A stretch of DNA of 64,000 nucleotides. Source: Lama guanicoe (Eukaryota). Shown here in pieces: positions 39,743 to 53,742 of the stretch (positions are counted from its first letter, which is position 1; the number at the start of each line of letters is the position of its first letter). A program made the translations under genes and the position numbers. Location: positions 2,076,123-2,140,122 of the forward strand of contig MU053557.1 of NCBI GenBank assembly GCA_013239625.1, given 5' to 3'. The notes beneath the pieces are model-generated. The model did not search any database. It was not told the DNA's origin and saw nothing but the letters and a program-made list of their open reading frames with translations.

Positions 39743-39883
39743 TCAAATAAAAGTTTCTTTAGTCAAAGGGGCTGCATAGATTTCGTAGAGTTGGGAGGTC
39801 CTCATCTTGAGTTCCCGGGCCACTTGACAGATGGAAAAAGGCCAACAGCAGTGCACCGCCAGCCAGTCCTCACACAGCGTGCC
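39743..39883 (-). CDS. PLAC8L1: PLAC8L1 last coding exon (GTLCEDWLAVHCCWPFSICQVARELKMRTSQLYEIYAAPLTKETFI*)
   Basis: Acceptor tccccctag|; 141 nt ending in TGA; contains the PLAC8 QxxREL motif. The four exons sum to 540 nt (179 aa plus stop) with no frameshift. Confidence 0.95.
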   Translation of the reverse strand, partial: GTLCEDWLAVHCCWPFSICQVARELKMRTSQLYEIYAAPLTKETFI

Positions 39884-40970
39884 CTAGGGGGAGACCCAGG
39901 TCTCTGTTCAGCCGAGTCTCTGTTCAGAGTCACACAGGCTCAGTTCCTTTCCCTAGGGACCTCCATAATATTACGTGGTGGCCCATCCCACCCAAGATCC
40001 ACCACCACCCTTAAGTCATCATCCAGGGACATAACTCCACGAGGTTACCCAAGTGCCAAGCAGCTAATCAATCCTTGCAGTTCAGAGACCCTCCCTTAAG
40101 GCTTCATACCTGAAACCACTGTCTCCCTGACAGAGGAAAACTCCCCTGTCAACGTCTTTTTTTTTTTCCTCTTAGGACTTAATATTTCTAATTATTTTAT
40201 TTATTTGGAATGGGTTATAAGTGCACATGGTCCAAAACTCCCACAGTAAAAAGGAATTCCCCTGCTATAGCTGTCCTCAGCCACCCAGTTACCTGTTGGG
40301 GACAACCGTCATTGGCGGTTCTTACAATGCACTTCCAGATAAATTCTACACCTAGGCAAGTATACATGTAAACAGTCTTTTTATGTAAATGGTTGCATTC
40401 TTCTACACCTTGCTCTTTTTCTCACTTGAAATATTTATCTCAGGGATCATTCCATATGAGTATATAAAGAGATGCCTTTTTTTTATCTGTCCACATCTTA
40501 GTTGGTATGACACATCTGTCCTCAATGTCTTATTGCACCTCCATCTCAGCTGCGCTGGAAATTTGCTGGCTCTTTAATGAGTCACCAGGAACCTTCCAAA
40601 GTGAATTCTGTATATTGCAGATAGGCTACATTTTAAGTGAGATTATTCCAAGTTTATCCTCCAAATTTGGTACATTTCTACCTGTTATCTTCTCTTAATG
40701 CAATAAGAGACAGAGAAACGGAAGAGGCCCACTGACCAGTAATCTACAATAGGGCTCCCTTGGAAATACCCTTCACAATGTGGCATTTTGATTAATAAAC
40801 ATGTTAATAACAAATGAAATCAGAAATTTCTTCCCTTTCATTTCCCAAAGTCTTCCACTAAATGTGGTGTTTTAAAGCATCTTCACCCACATTTCTTTTT
40901 TTTTTTTTAAATCACAGGTCTGAAAAGGATCCAGGTTCTCATATAGATCCAGTGATGTATTCACACTTAC

Positions 40971-41107
40971 CTGTATTTTATGTCTCTCTCTGGTGCCAAT
41001 TCTCACTGCAAAGGTGGACCCAGGTAACAATGGCCAACAAAAACACTCTCCATAATGCCTGGCGATGTCACACTCAAGACACATGGGGCAAAGGAGACCA
41101 CAGAAAC
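40971..41107 (-). CDS. PLAC8L1: PLAC8L1 coding exon 3 (C-FCGLLCPMCLECDIARHYGECFCWPLLPGSTFAVRIGTRERHKIQ)
   Basis: Acceptor attgacag|, donor CAG|gtaagt; 137 nt; Cys-rich PLAC8 core; within ORF 40872..41123. Confidence 0.95.
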
Positions 41108-42059
41108 CTGTCAATAGCCACATAAAAGCAAGCCAAGGTTCTCAGATGTACATGGAGCAACTTCACATCTCAAAGAGCATTTACAACCCTATGCAATCAA
41201 TTTAATGCTGCATTGTCTCCCTGCAATCAGGGACGGAGACTGAATAACCAATTCTCAAAACTCAGTGTGTGAAAATTGCCGTAACTGAGCCACATTAAAA
41301 TTGTCTTCTTTTGTTAAACACCGGCAAAGCTGAACCTGCTACAATTCTGTTAGCATTCACTATGGTAATTGTTTTTCCTGTCAAGAGAGAAGCATTAAAT
41401 AATTTTTTTATGGTTGAAACATAGCCGTTGCTTCTATTACATTCACCTAATTTCAATATTTAAAATAGACTCAGTATATGATACTTTTGAATAGCAGGCG
41501 TCTTTCTCTATAAATGTGATCGAAAGCTCCTTTATTGTACACTGATTCTGCGTGCTATTCTTATCAGGACTCTTCTATTTCTCAGGCCAGAAGGTTACTG
41601 TAACGTTTGCTAGTTTCATGGAGCCACTGACACCTGCCGTAGACGCTTGGTTCCTTGAACGTCAACTGGAAACAGTTTGTCATTTATTCATTCATTCATT
41701 CATCTTTAACTACTGGTTGTTTCCTACAGACTCTGCATGAACCATCTAACACAGAGGTTCTGTTTTAAATACGTTTTGGGTCACAGACCCTTTTGAGTAT
41801 ATGATGATAGCTATGAACTTGCTCCTCAAGGGAAGAGCAAAATACATGCACAAAGATATGCAAAATTGTGCATTCAACTTCACGGGACTCAAAGATCCAC
41901 TGAAAACAATCACTGGACCACAGGTTAGGATACTGGTATACGATTAACATGTTATGTCATCTAGTATTGCAAAAGATGACAACCTTGATGAATACAAATA
42001 ATTAGAACTATAAAACAGGAAAAAAAAAAGCACTAACCATAACCTTTAAAAAATGTATT

Positions 42060-42745
42060 CAATAAATCTTATTGAGCCATATTTATAAGGTAAAAGAAAA
42101 TGCACAGATCATAAATGTTCAGCTGGATGAGTTTGGACAATCATATTCACCCAAGTAACCAAATGTGCAGAACATTGCCCTCATCCCAGAGTTCCCTCGC
42201 ATCCCTTCCCAGACAATCCCAATCCTCCCACCCCCACTCCAGACACAACCACTATTCTGATTTCTATTTCCATAGATGAGTTTTACCTCTTCTTGTACTT
42301 TATATAAATGGAATCATGTTTACTTTTGTAACTGGCTTCTTTTGTTCAACATCATGTTTCTTGAGATTCATCTATGCGGTTATGTCTACCTTTAGTTTGT
42401 CATTTTTATTGTTAAGTAATATTCCAGTCTATAAATATTCCACAAATTGTTTATCCTTTCTCTCATTGATTATTCCATTTTTTGCTACTATGGTGAGTAT
42501 CATGAATATTCATATAAAATTTCTTACGTGGACAAACATTTTCATTTCACTAGGGTGGATTCCTGGAAGAGGAATTGCTAGTTTATGGGGTAGATTTATG
42601 TTTAATTTCACCAGAAATTCACAAACAGTTCTCCAAAGTATTTTTACCAATTTACACTCTCACTAGCAATGTATGAGAGTTTGCTGTTCTACATCCTCAC
42701 CAACATTTGCTATTGTCAGTCTTTTTTATTTTATCCATTCCAATG
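42060..42745 (-). mobile_element. Old L1 3' fragment
   Basis: accactattctgatttcta, tatataaatggaatcat, ttacactctcactagcaatgtatgagagtt. Confidence 0.82.
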
Positions 42746-43595
42746 AGGAGTATGAACCGGTAGTGATCATAGCCTTCTAGTGGACCAGATACAAAGATTC
42801 ACATACCAGGTCACTAGTACACTAGGAGAATTTCCTGTCAAAGACCTATCTCTGCTGCCTCATCCCTCCCTCCCTCCTCAACAGTGAGGAGTATGGAGTC
42901 TTACTCCCAAATTCAGTGCCAAAGAAGCAAAAATCAAGGAACACTGTTTTATCTTAGAACCTTCAAGGGATATGCCTGGACTCTGGACTCCTGCAATTTC
43001 ACATGGGGGGTGAGGTAGCACATGTGCACATAGAGCATGAGGACTGGCAGGGCAGGAGGACAAGGAGTAGCCTATCTGCGAGGAGCAGAACATCTGTTTC
43101 ATCCAGCTCATCAGGAATTTAAGATAATTGCTAAATCATGTAGGCATCATTGGTCCAAAGCAAACACAATTCAGCCTTGTCTGGGATGTTTTGTCCCACA
43201 TTAAAAAAAGAAATCGTTACTCCTAGTGAGATTAGCACTGACAACTGCTACGAACAGGTCAGAAGACAGCAAGTGGCCCATGAACTTGCAGTGAGTTCAG
43301 AGTGGTCATACCACATGTGACCTTGAATTAGGGGATTTTGAATCATGGCATACAAAAATCAATCAAGTCTCATTGCATGCATGGATTACAAAATACTGCA
43401 GTGTAAAATCTCTGCAAATAAAAAATTAATCAAAAATTGCATAATTATAAATCTGGTAATCTAAATGAATAATAAATGATGTTTATACATTGCCTGAACT
43501 GCTCTACTTTAACTGGCAGAGACATGCCCACCATCCTCAGTAAGTACATTATAAAGAAGTTCTTGTTCTGTGCCTTGGAACTCCTGTACCTTCCT

Positions 43596-43747
43596 TTATT
43601 TTTATTTTTTTAACTTTTTTGGGGGGATGGTAATTATGCTTATGTATTTGTTTATTTTCTTATTTATTTTAAATGAAGTTACTAGAAATTGAACCATGCC
43701 TTGTGCATGCTAAGCACTCACTCTACCACTGAGCTATACTCTCCCCT
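43596..43747 (-). mobile_element. tRNA-derived SINE (Vic-1-like) in PLAC8L1 intron 2
   Basis: ctctaccactgagctatac head, T-rich tail, flanking ctgtacctt repeat. Confidence 0.82.
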
Positions 43748-43959
43748 TTCTGTACCTTACTTTTTTGACTCATATGTCTTTTTTAATGACACACGCTGTT
43801 AACTTTATCTTTAATCCTTTCCATCGTATATCCATGTTATCTAAGTGTAGTTAGAAGGCAGTACTAGATACTAAAGGAAACACGCCCAAAATTCAATTAC
43901 CTTGGGGCAGAAGTCAGATATGATAAGAAAACACTATGAAAGCCAAACTTCTATTATAT

Positions 43960-44200
43960 AATAGCTAATATTTGTACAGATTTCACCATGTGCCAAGTCC
44001 TGCTAAAATACTTTGCGTTTATTAACTCACTTAATTCTCACAACAATCCTACAATCCTATAAAATTTACTTATTAGGCTTGTTCTACAGATGAGCAAACC
44101 GATGTCCAGAGGACTTACGTCATTTGCCCGAGGTCATATATTTATTAGGAAGGGGCAGAGGCCAGATGCGAACTCCAGTAGTCTCGCCCCAAAGTCTTAC
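43960..44200 (-). mobile_element. MIR SINE
   Basis: atgtgccaag...ttaattctcacaacaatcct...acagatgagcaaac...aggtcata. Confidence 0.7.
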
Positions 44201-44599
44201 CTGCTACACATAACACATATGCCCATACGTTCTCATGTTTTACGTATTTATCTAGGATGCCACAATGTGGAGTTTTGTGTTCCAAGACAGTGTCCTCACT
44301 ACCACTGCTTAATATTTACTCCTGTGGGAGAGTTTGAAATCATACAACTTCTTTACGAAAGATCCTTGGGTCAGGTGTACTGCGAAGTTGTGCAGCAGGA
44401 TAAACACTGTTGGCTCACGGCTCAACAAGAGGTGCACAAGGGTAAGATGATGAAATCCTGTCTTTAAGAGTCTCGAGGAGCATGGACCGGATGTCTAATA
44501 AGTGACATTCCATTTACTTTTTACAAGTCCCAGATTATAACCCTCAGGTTAACAAGAATAAAATTTTCCATTTCTTTCTAAAAAAATGTGTCTCGAGGA

Positions 44600-46440
44600 G
44601 GAAATTTTGCTGCATATGTAACAGAACAAGCGTAAGTACCCAGAATACACACAGAATTCCTACAAATCAGTATATAAAGGATTAAACAAAAGAAGAAAAT
44701 AGGCATGGGACAATGAACAAGTAATTCACTGAAGAGGAAACACAAATGGCCAACAGCAAATATGAAAAGCTGCTCAATGTTGTTAGTAATCAGGGGAATG
44801 CATATTAAGACCATCAGAAACCATTTATCACCAATAAGAATGCCAAATTTTTCTTAAGTTTTTAAGTGTCAAATGCTGTGTGGCACCATGGAGAAATAGG
44901 TACTCCATACACTGACAGAAGTAGAAATTGGCACAGCCACTTTGGAAAGCAGTTTGGCTGAATCTAGTAAAATTTTAAATACTCTGGGATCCAGTAATTC
45001 CACTACTTACTATCTACCCTAGAGTAATGCTTACACGTGCACACAAAGAGGCGGGTACAAGGATATCCACCACAGCATTATTTGTGGCTTCAAATTTAAA
45101 ACAAATGTGCATTAATAGAGGAAAGTGTACATAAACCATGATGGTGCAAATCACGCTAGGTAATAATTAAGAACTCAGTCAAAGACCAATTAAGAACCGA
45201 CAGAGCTAAATCTCCAAGACATATTTTGAGTTAAAAAAATCAAATTGCACAATGATATGTGCAGCATAATACCATTTATGCTTTGTTTAAATAATATATA
45301 TTACTAATGGATGCATATATAAATAGGAAAAGATCTGAAAGGAAACCCTCTCAACTGATTTAATAAAAAAGAGGAATATGGTTCCCTTTTCTGTAACGTT
45401 TCATTTTTTAAAAATAAAGTGAATGTATTCATGTGTCATTTGTGAAGTAAAAAAAATATATATATGCAAGTATATGCATACGTGTGTATATGCACAAATA
45501 TATATGTATTTTTGTAAAGCAGCTCAGACTCAAAAGGGATACAAGCCATAAATTCAGCCTCTTCCTCTTACACCGAAGTCCTGGTGGTTATGTCAGCACC
45601 CACAGCCTAAATGTTCCTGGCTTGTTCTGAGATGAGCTCCACCCTCACACATGGAATGTGGTTCATTATTCATCTCTCTAACTCACAGGCGAGTTGAGAT
45701 AAAAAGAAGAAACCTACACAAAACCGGAGTGTGGAGCCCCAGAGAGCAGAAGTAGGAAAGGTGGGTGGAAACTGCAGCAAGGCACATTTCAGATCAGTTA
45801 TCACAAAAAGGCAGAACCATCTAACAATAAGAGATGCTCAGAAAAGGAATGGGCCACGCTCATACATTGTGGGTGGGAGAGTAAATTAGCACAACTTCCA
45901 AATGGAAAGCCATTTGGCAACATTTATCAAGATTTAAAACTGTACATACTACCTGACCAGCAGGTTTACTCCTCAGTAATTATCCTGCAGATAAACTCAC
46001 ACACATGCAAAATGGCATCTGTATGAGAATAATCACACAGCATTGGTTTAAAACAGCAAAAAGTCTGGAAAACACATAAAGGTCCACTAATAAGAATTTC
46101 TGAATAAATTAAGTACATTCATACAATGAAATCTATGCTGTAATTTAAAATATTAGCTCCAGAAGTGCCGATGTGGTCTGATTGCCTGTTCGTTACACTA
46201 AAACAAAATGAAGATGCAGAACTATATGTGTTTACTGTTCTATTATTTGTGTCAATTACACACACCACATACAGAAAAAGTCTGGAAAGACAGATACCAA
46301 AATATCTACAACGGTTATCTCTGACAGCCAAAATTATAGGACACTGCTTTTTTCTTTTATAGCCTTTTGTATTTCTCTTTTTTTACAGTGATTATACAAT
46401 ACTTTCATAATAAAAAGATTAACCTATTCTCATTTAAAAT
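44600..46440 (+). mobile_element. Old L1 (L1ME-type) 3' fragments, about 44600-45460 and 45855-46440
   Basis: ttcactgaagaggaaacacaaatggccaac, ccactttggaaagcagtttggc, catacaatgaaatctatgc. Confidence 0.75.
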
Positions 46441-48781
46441 TTTTATATCTTTACAAGCATCCAGACTACATCTGGGCTCAGGTAAGAGTGCTGGCCTCTT
46501 GGAAGAAGGGGGGCAGCAGAGCAAGAATGGAGCTCCTGCTCACCATATACCAGAGGGCCAGGTACTTATGTGCACGGGAACCCATTCAAAATCATATTTT
46601 CTAAAGCACTGAGCTAGCTCCAAGGGAGAGGAGCCGTCCTCCCTGGAAATGTTCAGAAAGCCAAGGCTGTCAGGTCCTTGCCAGGCCTGCTGCAGAGAGG
46701 ATTGAGACAAACTGGTGAGGGGCAAATCCAGCTGACCATGATATCCCTTCTGACTCTGAGGCTTTATGATTCTTTCACTGAAGTGCAGGAAAGAAGGAAG
46801 CAAGTGAAAACACAGGTTAAAAGTCATTCATTGATGTATCATTCAGGAAATACTTTAAGCACCTTCTATTTATCAGGTGCTCTGGGCACTTAGAGCAGTG
46901 AGCATGACCAGGGATCCGGGCTCTCAGAGAGTGTACAGTTTACCCAAGAAACAGTTTAGGGACACGAATCCCAGTCAGAGGCCTTTTCATGCCTCCTTCC
47001 GCTTCCAGAAAGCCAAAGAAAATGCTGGCCTACTTCACCCTACCCACCTTGGGCATCTGACGTTTTCTCGTCCATATGAAGCTCTTTACCACCTGGTGCT
47101 TGTGATGCCTCCACAGGGGAGGTAGTTTGAGTGGCTGGTTCTTTTCCATCTTTCAGGTATCCGCTTCAGTCAGGTCCTCAGGGAAGCCATCCTTTACTCA
47201 ACCCCTACAGTTTCCTTTCAAAACACACTATTCATTTCCTCCATGGCACTTCACACGACTGCGATTAATTTATTTGCTTATTGTCTATCTCATCTCAGAG
47301 GCCATCTCTGTCTTATTCTCTCTGACTGATGCCTGTCACACCTATCACATGACTGCACATCGGCAGGGGCTCAGTAAATATTGGCTGAATTAATAAACAA
47401 TGTTGATGACACCTCCCACATAAATCTCCTCTGTGGCAACATCACAAACACCCTCAGCTGGAACAGCTGCCTTTCGCCCACAAGGCTGTTTTGCAGCCAC
47501 TTATTTCAGCGTGGCTTCATCTTCACATCTGAGCTTTCAGGAGCCACATGTCCAGAGGACACAGAAGCAGCCATTTTCTAATCCCACTGCAGTGTGAATT
47601 CAGATGAAAGCACAGAGGTGGGAAGAGGGAGCCAGTTAAAAAATATAATTACAACTAAATGAAGAAGCAAAATATCAAAAAGAAATGGAAATCACTGCTG
47701 TTCATAATGTGCCCTTTGCTTAATGGATGACAAACTGTAGCAATAATTCCCAACATCTAATGGAAAACTGTCCTGGGATGGGAATCTGATGTGAAACAAA
47801 GTTGTGCAAAGAAGCTCTCCTTTTTGTTCCCAAGTTTGTCACCACTATTGTCACAGTGATTTGCTTGAAATTAAACTTTGTGAATGAAGTAAACAAAGGA
47901 GGGAAAAAAGCCCAAGACTCGTGGCAGTCATACTCCAGCAGTGCCCTGGGAATTACGGTGCAGGTACTGAGTATATTAAGTGATACTGCCTCTAAATTCT
48001 CTTCCAAGACAATGGCTTAGAAGCACGATGAGCAGTCACAAAATGGAGGTCTATCCAGGGAACAACAATGAGGGCACAGAACATTTGAGATTACCTGGTA
48101 CTGTATATCCTTGTCCTCTCCTCCACGGCTCATGCCCAACTGTAAAGAATACTGTATTCTCCAAATGTCCTTCCTTCTCCCTTTGACAGAATGCTCTCTC
48201 AAATGACCAAGCCGGGAACCCACAGAAGACCCAGTGTGGTTGGTCTCCTGAACACTGATGGGGGTGGGGTGCAGAGCTAAGCAATGCTTAACGCAGAAGG
48301 GGTAACGAGTGGTCCTTTTTTGATCAACTTTTTAGGTACTCTTGGGACTGGGCAGCAGCCAGTTTAAGTCTCCTGACTCAACTCTCTGCCCTCAACATAC
48401 TGGAGGATAAAAATTTATAATAAAGAATATTAATTCCTAAGATTCACTAAGTGCATTGTTGGGATTTTCATGAGCACAGCAGCCCCATCGTAATTTAGGA
48501 AATTATCCCTTCACTATTGTGGGCAGTATTGAGAGAACTGTCATTCAAAATGCCCTGGCCTGGCCAAGCAGCAGGCATAACCTAGGCTAATCAAATTGGG
48601 CTCGACTGCTGAAACTTCAGTTCTCAGACAGGAAAGCAAAAGGATAGAAACATTCAGAGTCGACCAGATTGTCAGCTAGCTCCTGATAATGCATTTCGTC
48701 CTTTCTGAACTTCGTGTTTAGTTGATTTCTTGACTTTGTGAGCTACCCCACAGCCTTCTAATGAAATACAGCATTTGCTAG

Positions 48782-49226
48782 TGTATTGGTTTCCCAGAGG
48801 GCAGCCAAAACAAAACTCCACAAATGGGGTGTCTTAAAACAATAGAAACTATTCTCTATTGGAGAATTCTGGAGGCTAGAATTCTGAAATCAATGTGTTG
48901 GCAGGGTGGTTCCTTCTGGAAGCTCTGAAGGAAAGCCTGTTCCACATCTCTCTCCAAACTTTTGGTGGTTGCTGGCAATCCTTGGCATTCCTTGGTTTAT
49001 AGATGCATTTTTCTCATCCATGCCTGCCTTCACATGGCCATCTTCTCCACGTGTTTGGGTACAAATTTCCCTTTTCTCGTAAGAACATCAGCCATTGGAT
49101 TAGGGCCCACACTGATCCAATATAACCTTTTTACTTCGCTATAACACAAAGACCCTATTTCCAAATAAGGTCACATTCAGAGGTTTTGGGGGACAAATTT
49201 GGGAGGACACTGTTTAACCCAGTACA
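48782..49226 (-). mobile_element. MLT1 solo LTR
   Basis: tgtattggtttcc start, ttctggaggctag, aaagaccctatttccaaataaggtcacattc, aacccagtaca end. Confidence 0.85.
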
Positions 49227-50319
49227 GCATGCAACTAAAAAAATGCTGATCCAGTTATGTTCCACACCAGTGTTCAAGAGTGAGTTCTATGCATTATCTG
49301 CTTTAATCTTGACAACTTTCAAGCACCTTTTTAAAATCCTCATTTTAAAGGTGGAAGAATACTCTGAGAATTCATTCAAAGTAAGAGGCAGAGTTAAGAT
49401 TCAAGGTGAGGTCTATATCCAATACAAATGTGTTCTCCTAACCACTACATTACATTCCAGGCTTTGCCCTACTTGGATATGCATTGATGACCCTCCCCTC
49501 TCAACTCCCCCAACTACAAGCTATAAAAGGAAAATGGTCCACTTCCCAATCTGGGGCTAGGTCTCCACATCACAATTCTGCCTTCTCTGTACTTCAGTAC
49601 AAGATGATAACCAAAATCAGAGTATCTGGAAGAGAACCAGAGAAGGGCTGCCACGTTGTCTGCTCAGAAGTCCACATGGGCAGCCATGGCAGGAAGAAAC
49701 CTGCTGAGCTCTGGGTCAGATGGGCAAAGGGACAGGGATGGAGGACAGGGTTTGGTGCTCAGCAGTCTCTTCTCTGAGGCCCAGGCAAACAGTGAAGGCT
49801 CAGGCCTGGATGATCAGAGCACCAAAAAATGTTGTTAGAGCTTATGCCTCAGCAAGATTTTCAGCTGAATAAGGATTTGGATCATGTAACAGCTCGGAGC
49901 TCTCCGAACTGATCCATCCTGTGAAGATTTAGGACAAATTCGGATCTTCCCAGAGGCCTCCAAAGGGTGGAGAGAGCCGTATTCTTCAAAAAATATTAAA
50001 TCCAGGGTCTATTGAACTTAAGAGGCTGGCCCTCATCCATTAAAGGGATCTTCCCCCTTCCAAAAAAAGATTCTGTGACCAAGTTGCTCCCTAGGCAAGA
50101 GCATCAGGTCCTTGAAGGGGATACTGACATGTGGTACCAAAGATGGGTCAGAATGTCCTCAGGTGAAAATAGAACCAATGCACTTTGAACGTCAAACCCA
50201 GGGGGAGATCATGTACCTAGAGGACGGTGCTGTTGGTACATCTTTATAACTACACTAGTGTCTGAAAAGATTTCAGTCAACAAAGGGGACTTCATTTTAT
50301 GATCTTACTGTTATAAGAG

Positions 50320-50870
50320 TACTTACTACATTTTCCTCATAGAAATACTAGACACATAAGCAAAAAGAAAAATTATCCACTAGCCTACCATCTGGAGACA
50401 CCTGCTGCAGACATTTGTATTTATATCCTTCCAGTTATTTTTCTTAACATTTCTTCCCCAAAATGGTGCCTAACATGTATAGTTTTATAATCTGCTTCTT
50501 TAACTTAAAAATGCAGCCAGATATTTTTCCATCCCAGTAGGCATTACTCCACAACGTGACTTTTCATGGCTGTGTAATTAACTCATTGTATGGATGCCCC
50601 CAGTGAACATTTAGGTTGTTCCAGACTGTTGCTATTATAACCAATGCTGCAAAACCTAATGATGCTGCTAAATCTTGGTACATGATTTATTTCCTTAGAC
50701 TAAATGCCTAAGAATGTAATTACTAGGTCAAAGGCTACATAACACCTGAGGTCCTTTTTGTATGTTTTACTAACCATTCGCTGGGAAGCCTGTATCAATT
50801 TATTCTCCCACCAGCTGCAGATGAGAAAGCCCATTTTGTACATCTTTGTCTATGTGGATTTTGTCATTTA
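50320..50870 (-). mobile_element. Old L1 (L1ME-type) fragment
   Basis: gaacatttaggttgttcca, ttccttagactaaatgcctaagaatg, ttctcccaccagc. Confidence 0.7.
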
Positions 50871-51089
50871 AAAACTCCTTGAAGTCACCCACATATTCTA
50901 TAAAAGCATTCACATTCGTGAAAAACAAGATTTTTCCTGCCAAGGAGGGCATCTGCGTCCCTAGAAGTTTAGTCTAGTTTTTCTGAAACCATTTACTTTC
51001 TGTCCTTGGGCCTGATGTAGCTTTGATACTCACTTATGTCTTGGGAAAGAAAACAGTACAGAAGAACTTAAATGAAGAGGAAAACATAC

Positions 51090-51226
51090 AAATTCTCCTA
51101 TCTCTGCAGACACTGAAGAGGCCGGTGCTCCAGTCCCCACCAGTCTGGACAATCGCTGTGACTGTGGTCCTGCCACTGGCTCCCCGGACAGGCTGCTTCA
51201 CCACAGCCTGGGCTGGTGCATGGCTC
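51090..51226 (-). CDS. PLAC8L1: PLAC8L1 coding exon 2 (SHAPAQAVVKQPVRGASGRTTVTAIVQTGGDWSTGLFSVCRDRRI)
   Basis: Acceptor ctccag|, donor T|gtatgt; 137 nt; WSTGLF begins the PLAC8 domain. Confidence 0.94.
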
Positions 51227-52559
51227 CTGGAGAGTCAAGGATGGTGATTAACTTGGAAACAAAGAAGACGGTATCAGGCTGAGATAGAGGGATAAACAGA
51301 CAGGGACCCAGTGATGCCAAGTGGCTCTTATTTCATAGCCCAAGCTGACCTCACTGTCTCCCTCCCTCCTTCTCCATCACACCTTCTCCTCTAATTTTTT
51401 GCCCCACTTCTATTAATGACATTATTATTCCAGGTCCTGTTACTCAAATTCAACGTTCAGCCTACTTCCTCAGTGTTTCATGATAGTTAAATTGACAAAC
51501 TAGGAACCAAGAGGCTTCAGTTCAAACCCCAGCATGCCCGTTCCTGGAAGCTTGACCTCAGTTAAGTCGTTTAATCCCTCTTCTGCTTTCTGTTTGTTCA
51601 AATGTAAGATGAAAAAACTAGCTCACAGGTTTATTATGTCGACTGAGAGACATATAATTAGTTTACTGTGCCCAGAGCATGCGTAACAAGGTGATCCTGA
51701 GCGAGGCTATACCCCAGGTATTTTGAACCTTTGTTGAAGACAAATAAGGAATTGGACTAAGCTGGTACATCTAAATCTAGACAAGGCTACTGAAATTGAA
51801 CAGGCAGCATCATTTAAGTGAATAACCCAGACTTCAGAATATGTCTTGATATCGAACTACTGTATGATTGTCCTAGTGCAACCACAAAGTACAACTTCGG
51901 TTTGCTTTTCCCTGAAGGGAATAGATACACCACTCAATCATTCTGAAATAGAAATGAAGGCCCAGGGTATGGGCTTCAAAAGTGAGGTGAGAAAAAACAT
52001 CCCTCTCTTTTTGGGCTGAAAGTCAGTTTTGCCTGAACTCCTACCGTGGAGATACCTGGAGTCAGTCCTATCGTGAAGGGTAAGCTGTTACCCGGCCTCG
52101 TGGCAGGGGCAGGTCAAGAGCAGGGTGGAGGGTCCCTAGAATGAGTCTGAGCCTCTACATGCGGTCTGTTTTGTGCTTCCCTTTTGGCAAGCTTCATTAA
52201 GAGTCCGTACCTGGTCTCCAGGGTGTTATGAAGAATTAAAAAGCCTGCCTCAAACTCATACTTAAGGGAAAATAAACAAGAGGCAAGAGAATTTCTTCCT
52301 CTAACAGCTGTTGTTACAGTAGTAGTCACCAAAGTTCACCACCTGAGACACACAGCCCAAGGGCCAGGGCAGAATACTCCTGAGCATCCTTAAGGCCACA
52401 CACTGGGGGCATCTTGGAAACAGCTGGGGAGCCTTTTGAGAACCTCTGATTTGGGACAATAAATCAATGGGATTTTGTGTTATCATAAGGGGTACTGTTA
52501 TTAAAATCCACACCTCTTTTTCATTCTACTAACACTACCCAAGTTTACAACTTCCCAAA

Positions 52560-52740
52560 TCTGACAGCCCATTAACTTGTTAAGAAAAACAAATTCCCAA
52601 GTCTTACCCCAGACCACTGCATAGGTCTCCAGGGAAGAGGTACAGAAATCAGTATTCATAACAAGGTTCCCAGGCAGTTCCCATGCAGTCATCCTGATAC
52701 CAGCCTGAAGCCCGATACAGGTGGATTTGGAGACCACTGA
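52560..52740. mobile_element. MER5-like hAT-Charlie element
   Basis: ccccagacc...taacaagg...tttggagaccactg. Confidence 0.55.
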
Positions 52741-53412
52741 CGATCACTGCACTAGCTTGAGTCTCCCATTAGGTAGGTGGTGATGTCAGTGTAATAGAGA
52801 TGGCAAGTAATAGGAGGTAGGGTGGAACTGGGAAGAGGATGCTTGGAACACAGCCAGGCTACAATGTCAGTATGGCATCAGGAGCATCCTGGCCAACAGG
52901 TGGCCATGCTACACCAGAACTTGGAAGAGAGGTTGGAGTTAGGAACTACCTGTCTAGAAGTGTGAAGTGGAGCTATGAAATACGCACACCATTAGGCATT
53001 ACAGACAATGCTTAGGGCCTAGCAAGCTTTTTAAGAGCCTACAAAAGTGTTTGAGACCTGGAAAAAAAAGTATTGGCTACAAAATATAAAAATTGCAAAG
53101 TAAAAATTAGTTAATTCTCAATTAAACACAAAAATCTAGCTTTACATCTGTCTCATCAATTGTCAAATTTGAAATTCACACATATTTTATTACATTTGAA
53201 AACAATTTATAATTCTTTCATTTTGGGGGGAAAAATCCCAAGAATGAATGAATGCTGAGAAGCAGCAATCACAAATTAATTACTCATAGCCAAATAATTT
53301 CAAAAGCAAATTATAAACATCTTTTCCCTTACTGTACAACAACAAAAAAAGGATATAACATATGGTATGGGTACGTTTTAATATGTTTGTTATGATGTGG
53401 GTTAGGGCCTGT

Positions 53413-53742
53413 TGCTATGGACTGAACTGTTTCTCCCCAAGTCCATATGTTGAAGATCCAGCCCCCAGTGTGACTGTCTGGAGAGAGGTAAGTAAGGTTA
53501 AATGAAGAATAGGGCTGGGCTCCCGGTCTGATAGAACTGCTGGCCTTATCTGAAGAGGACGGGCCATATAAGCACAAAAAGAGAAGGCTACAGCCCAGGA
53601 AGGGAGTCCTTACCAGGACCCAGCCATGCTGGCACCGTGATCTTGGACCTCCAGCTTCCAGAACTGTGAGAAAATACATACCTGCTCTTTATGCTACCCA
53701 GTCTATGGTATTTTGTTATGAAAGCCTCAGTAGACTAAGACA
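53413..53742 (+). mobile_element. MLT1A/B-like solo LTR
   Basis: TG...CA ends (tgctatggactgaa...gactaagaca) and ccagcttccagaactgtgaga. Confidence 0.85.

Noticed and set aside
42316..42666. Hydrophobic 116-aa ORF resembling a membrane protein (also 63293..63496)
   Set aside because: Translations of T-rich L1-derived sequence.
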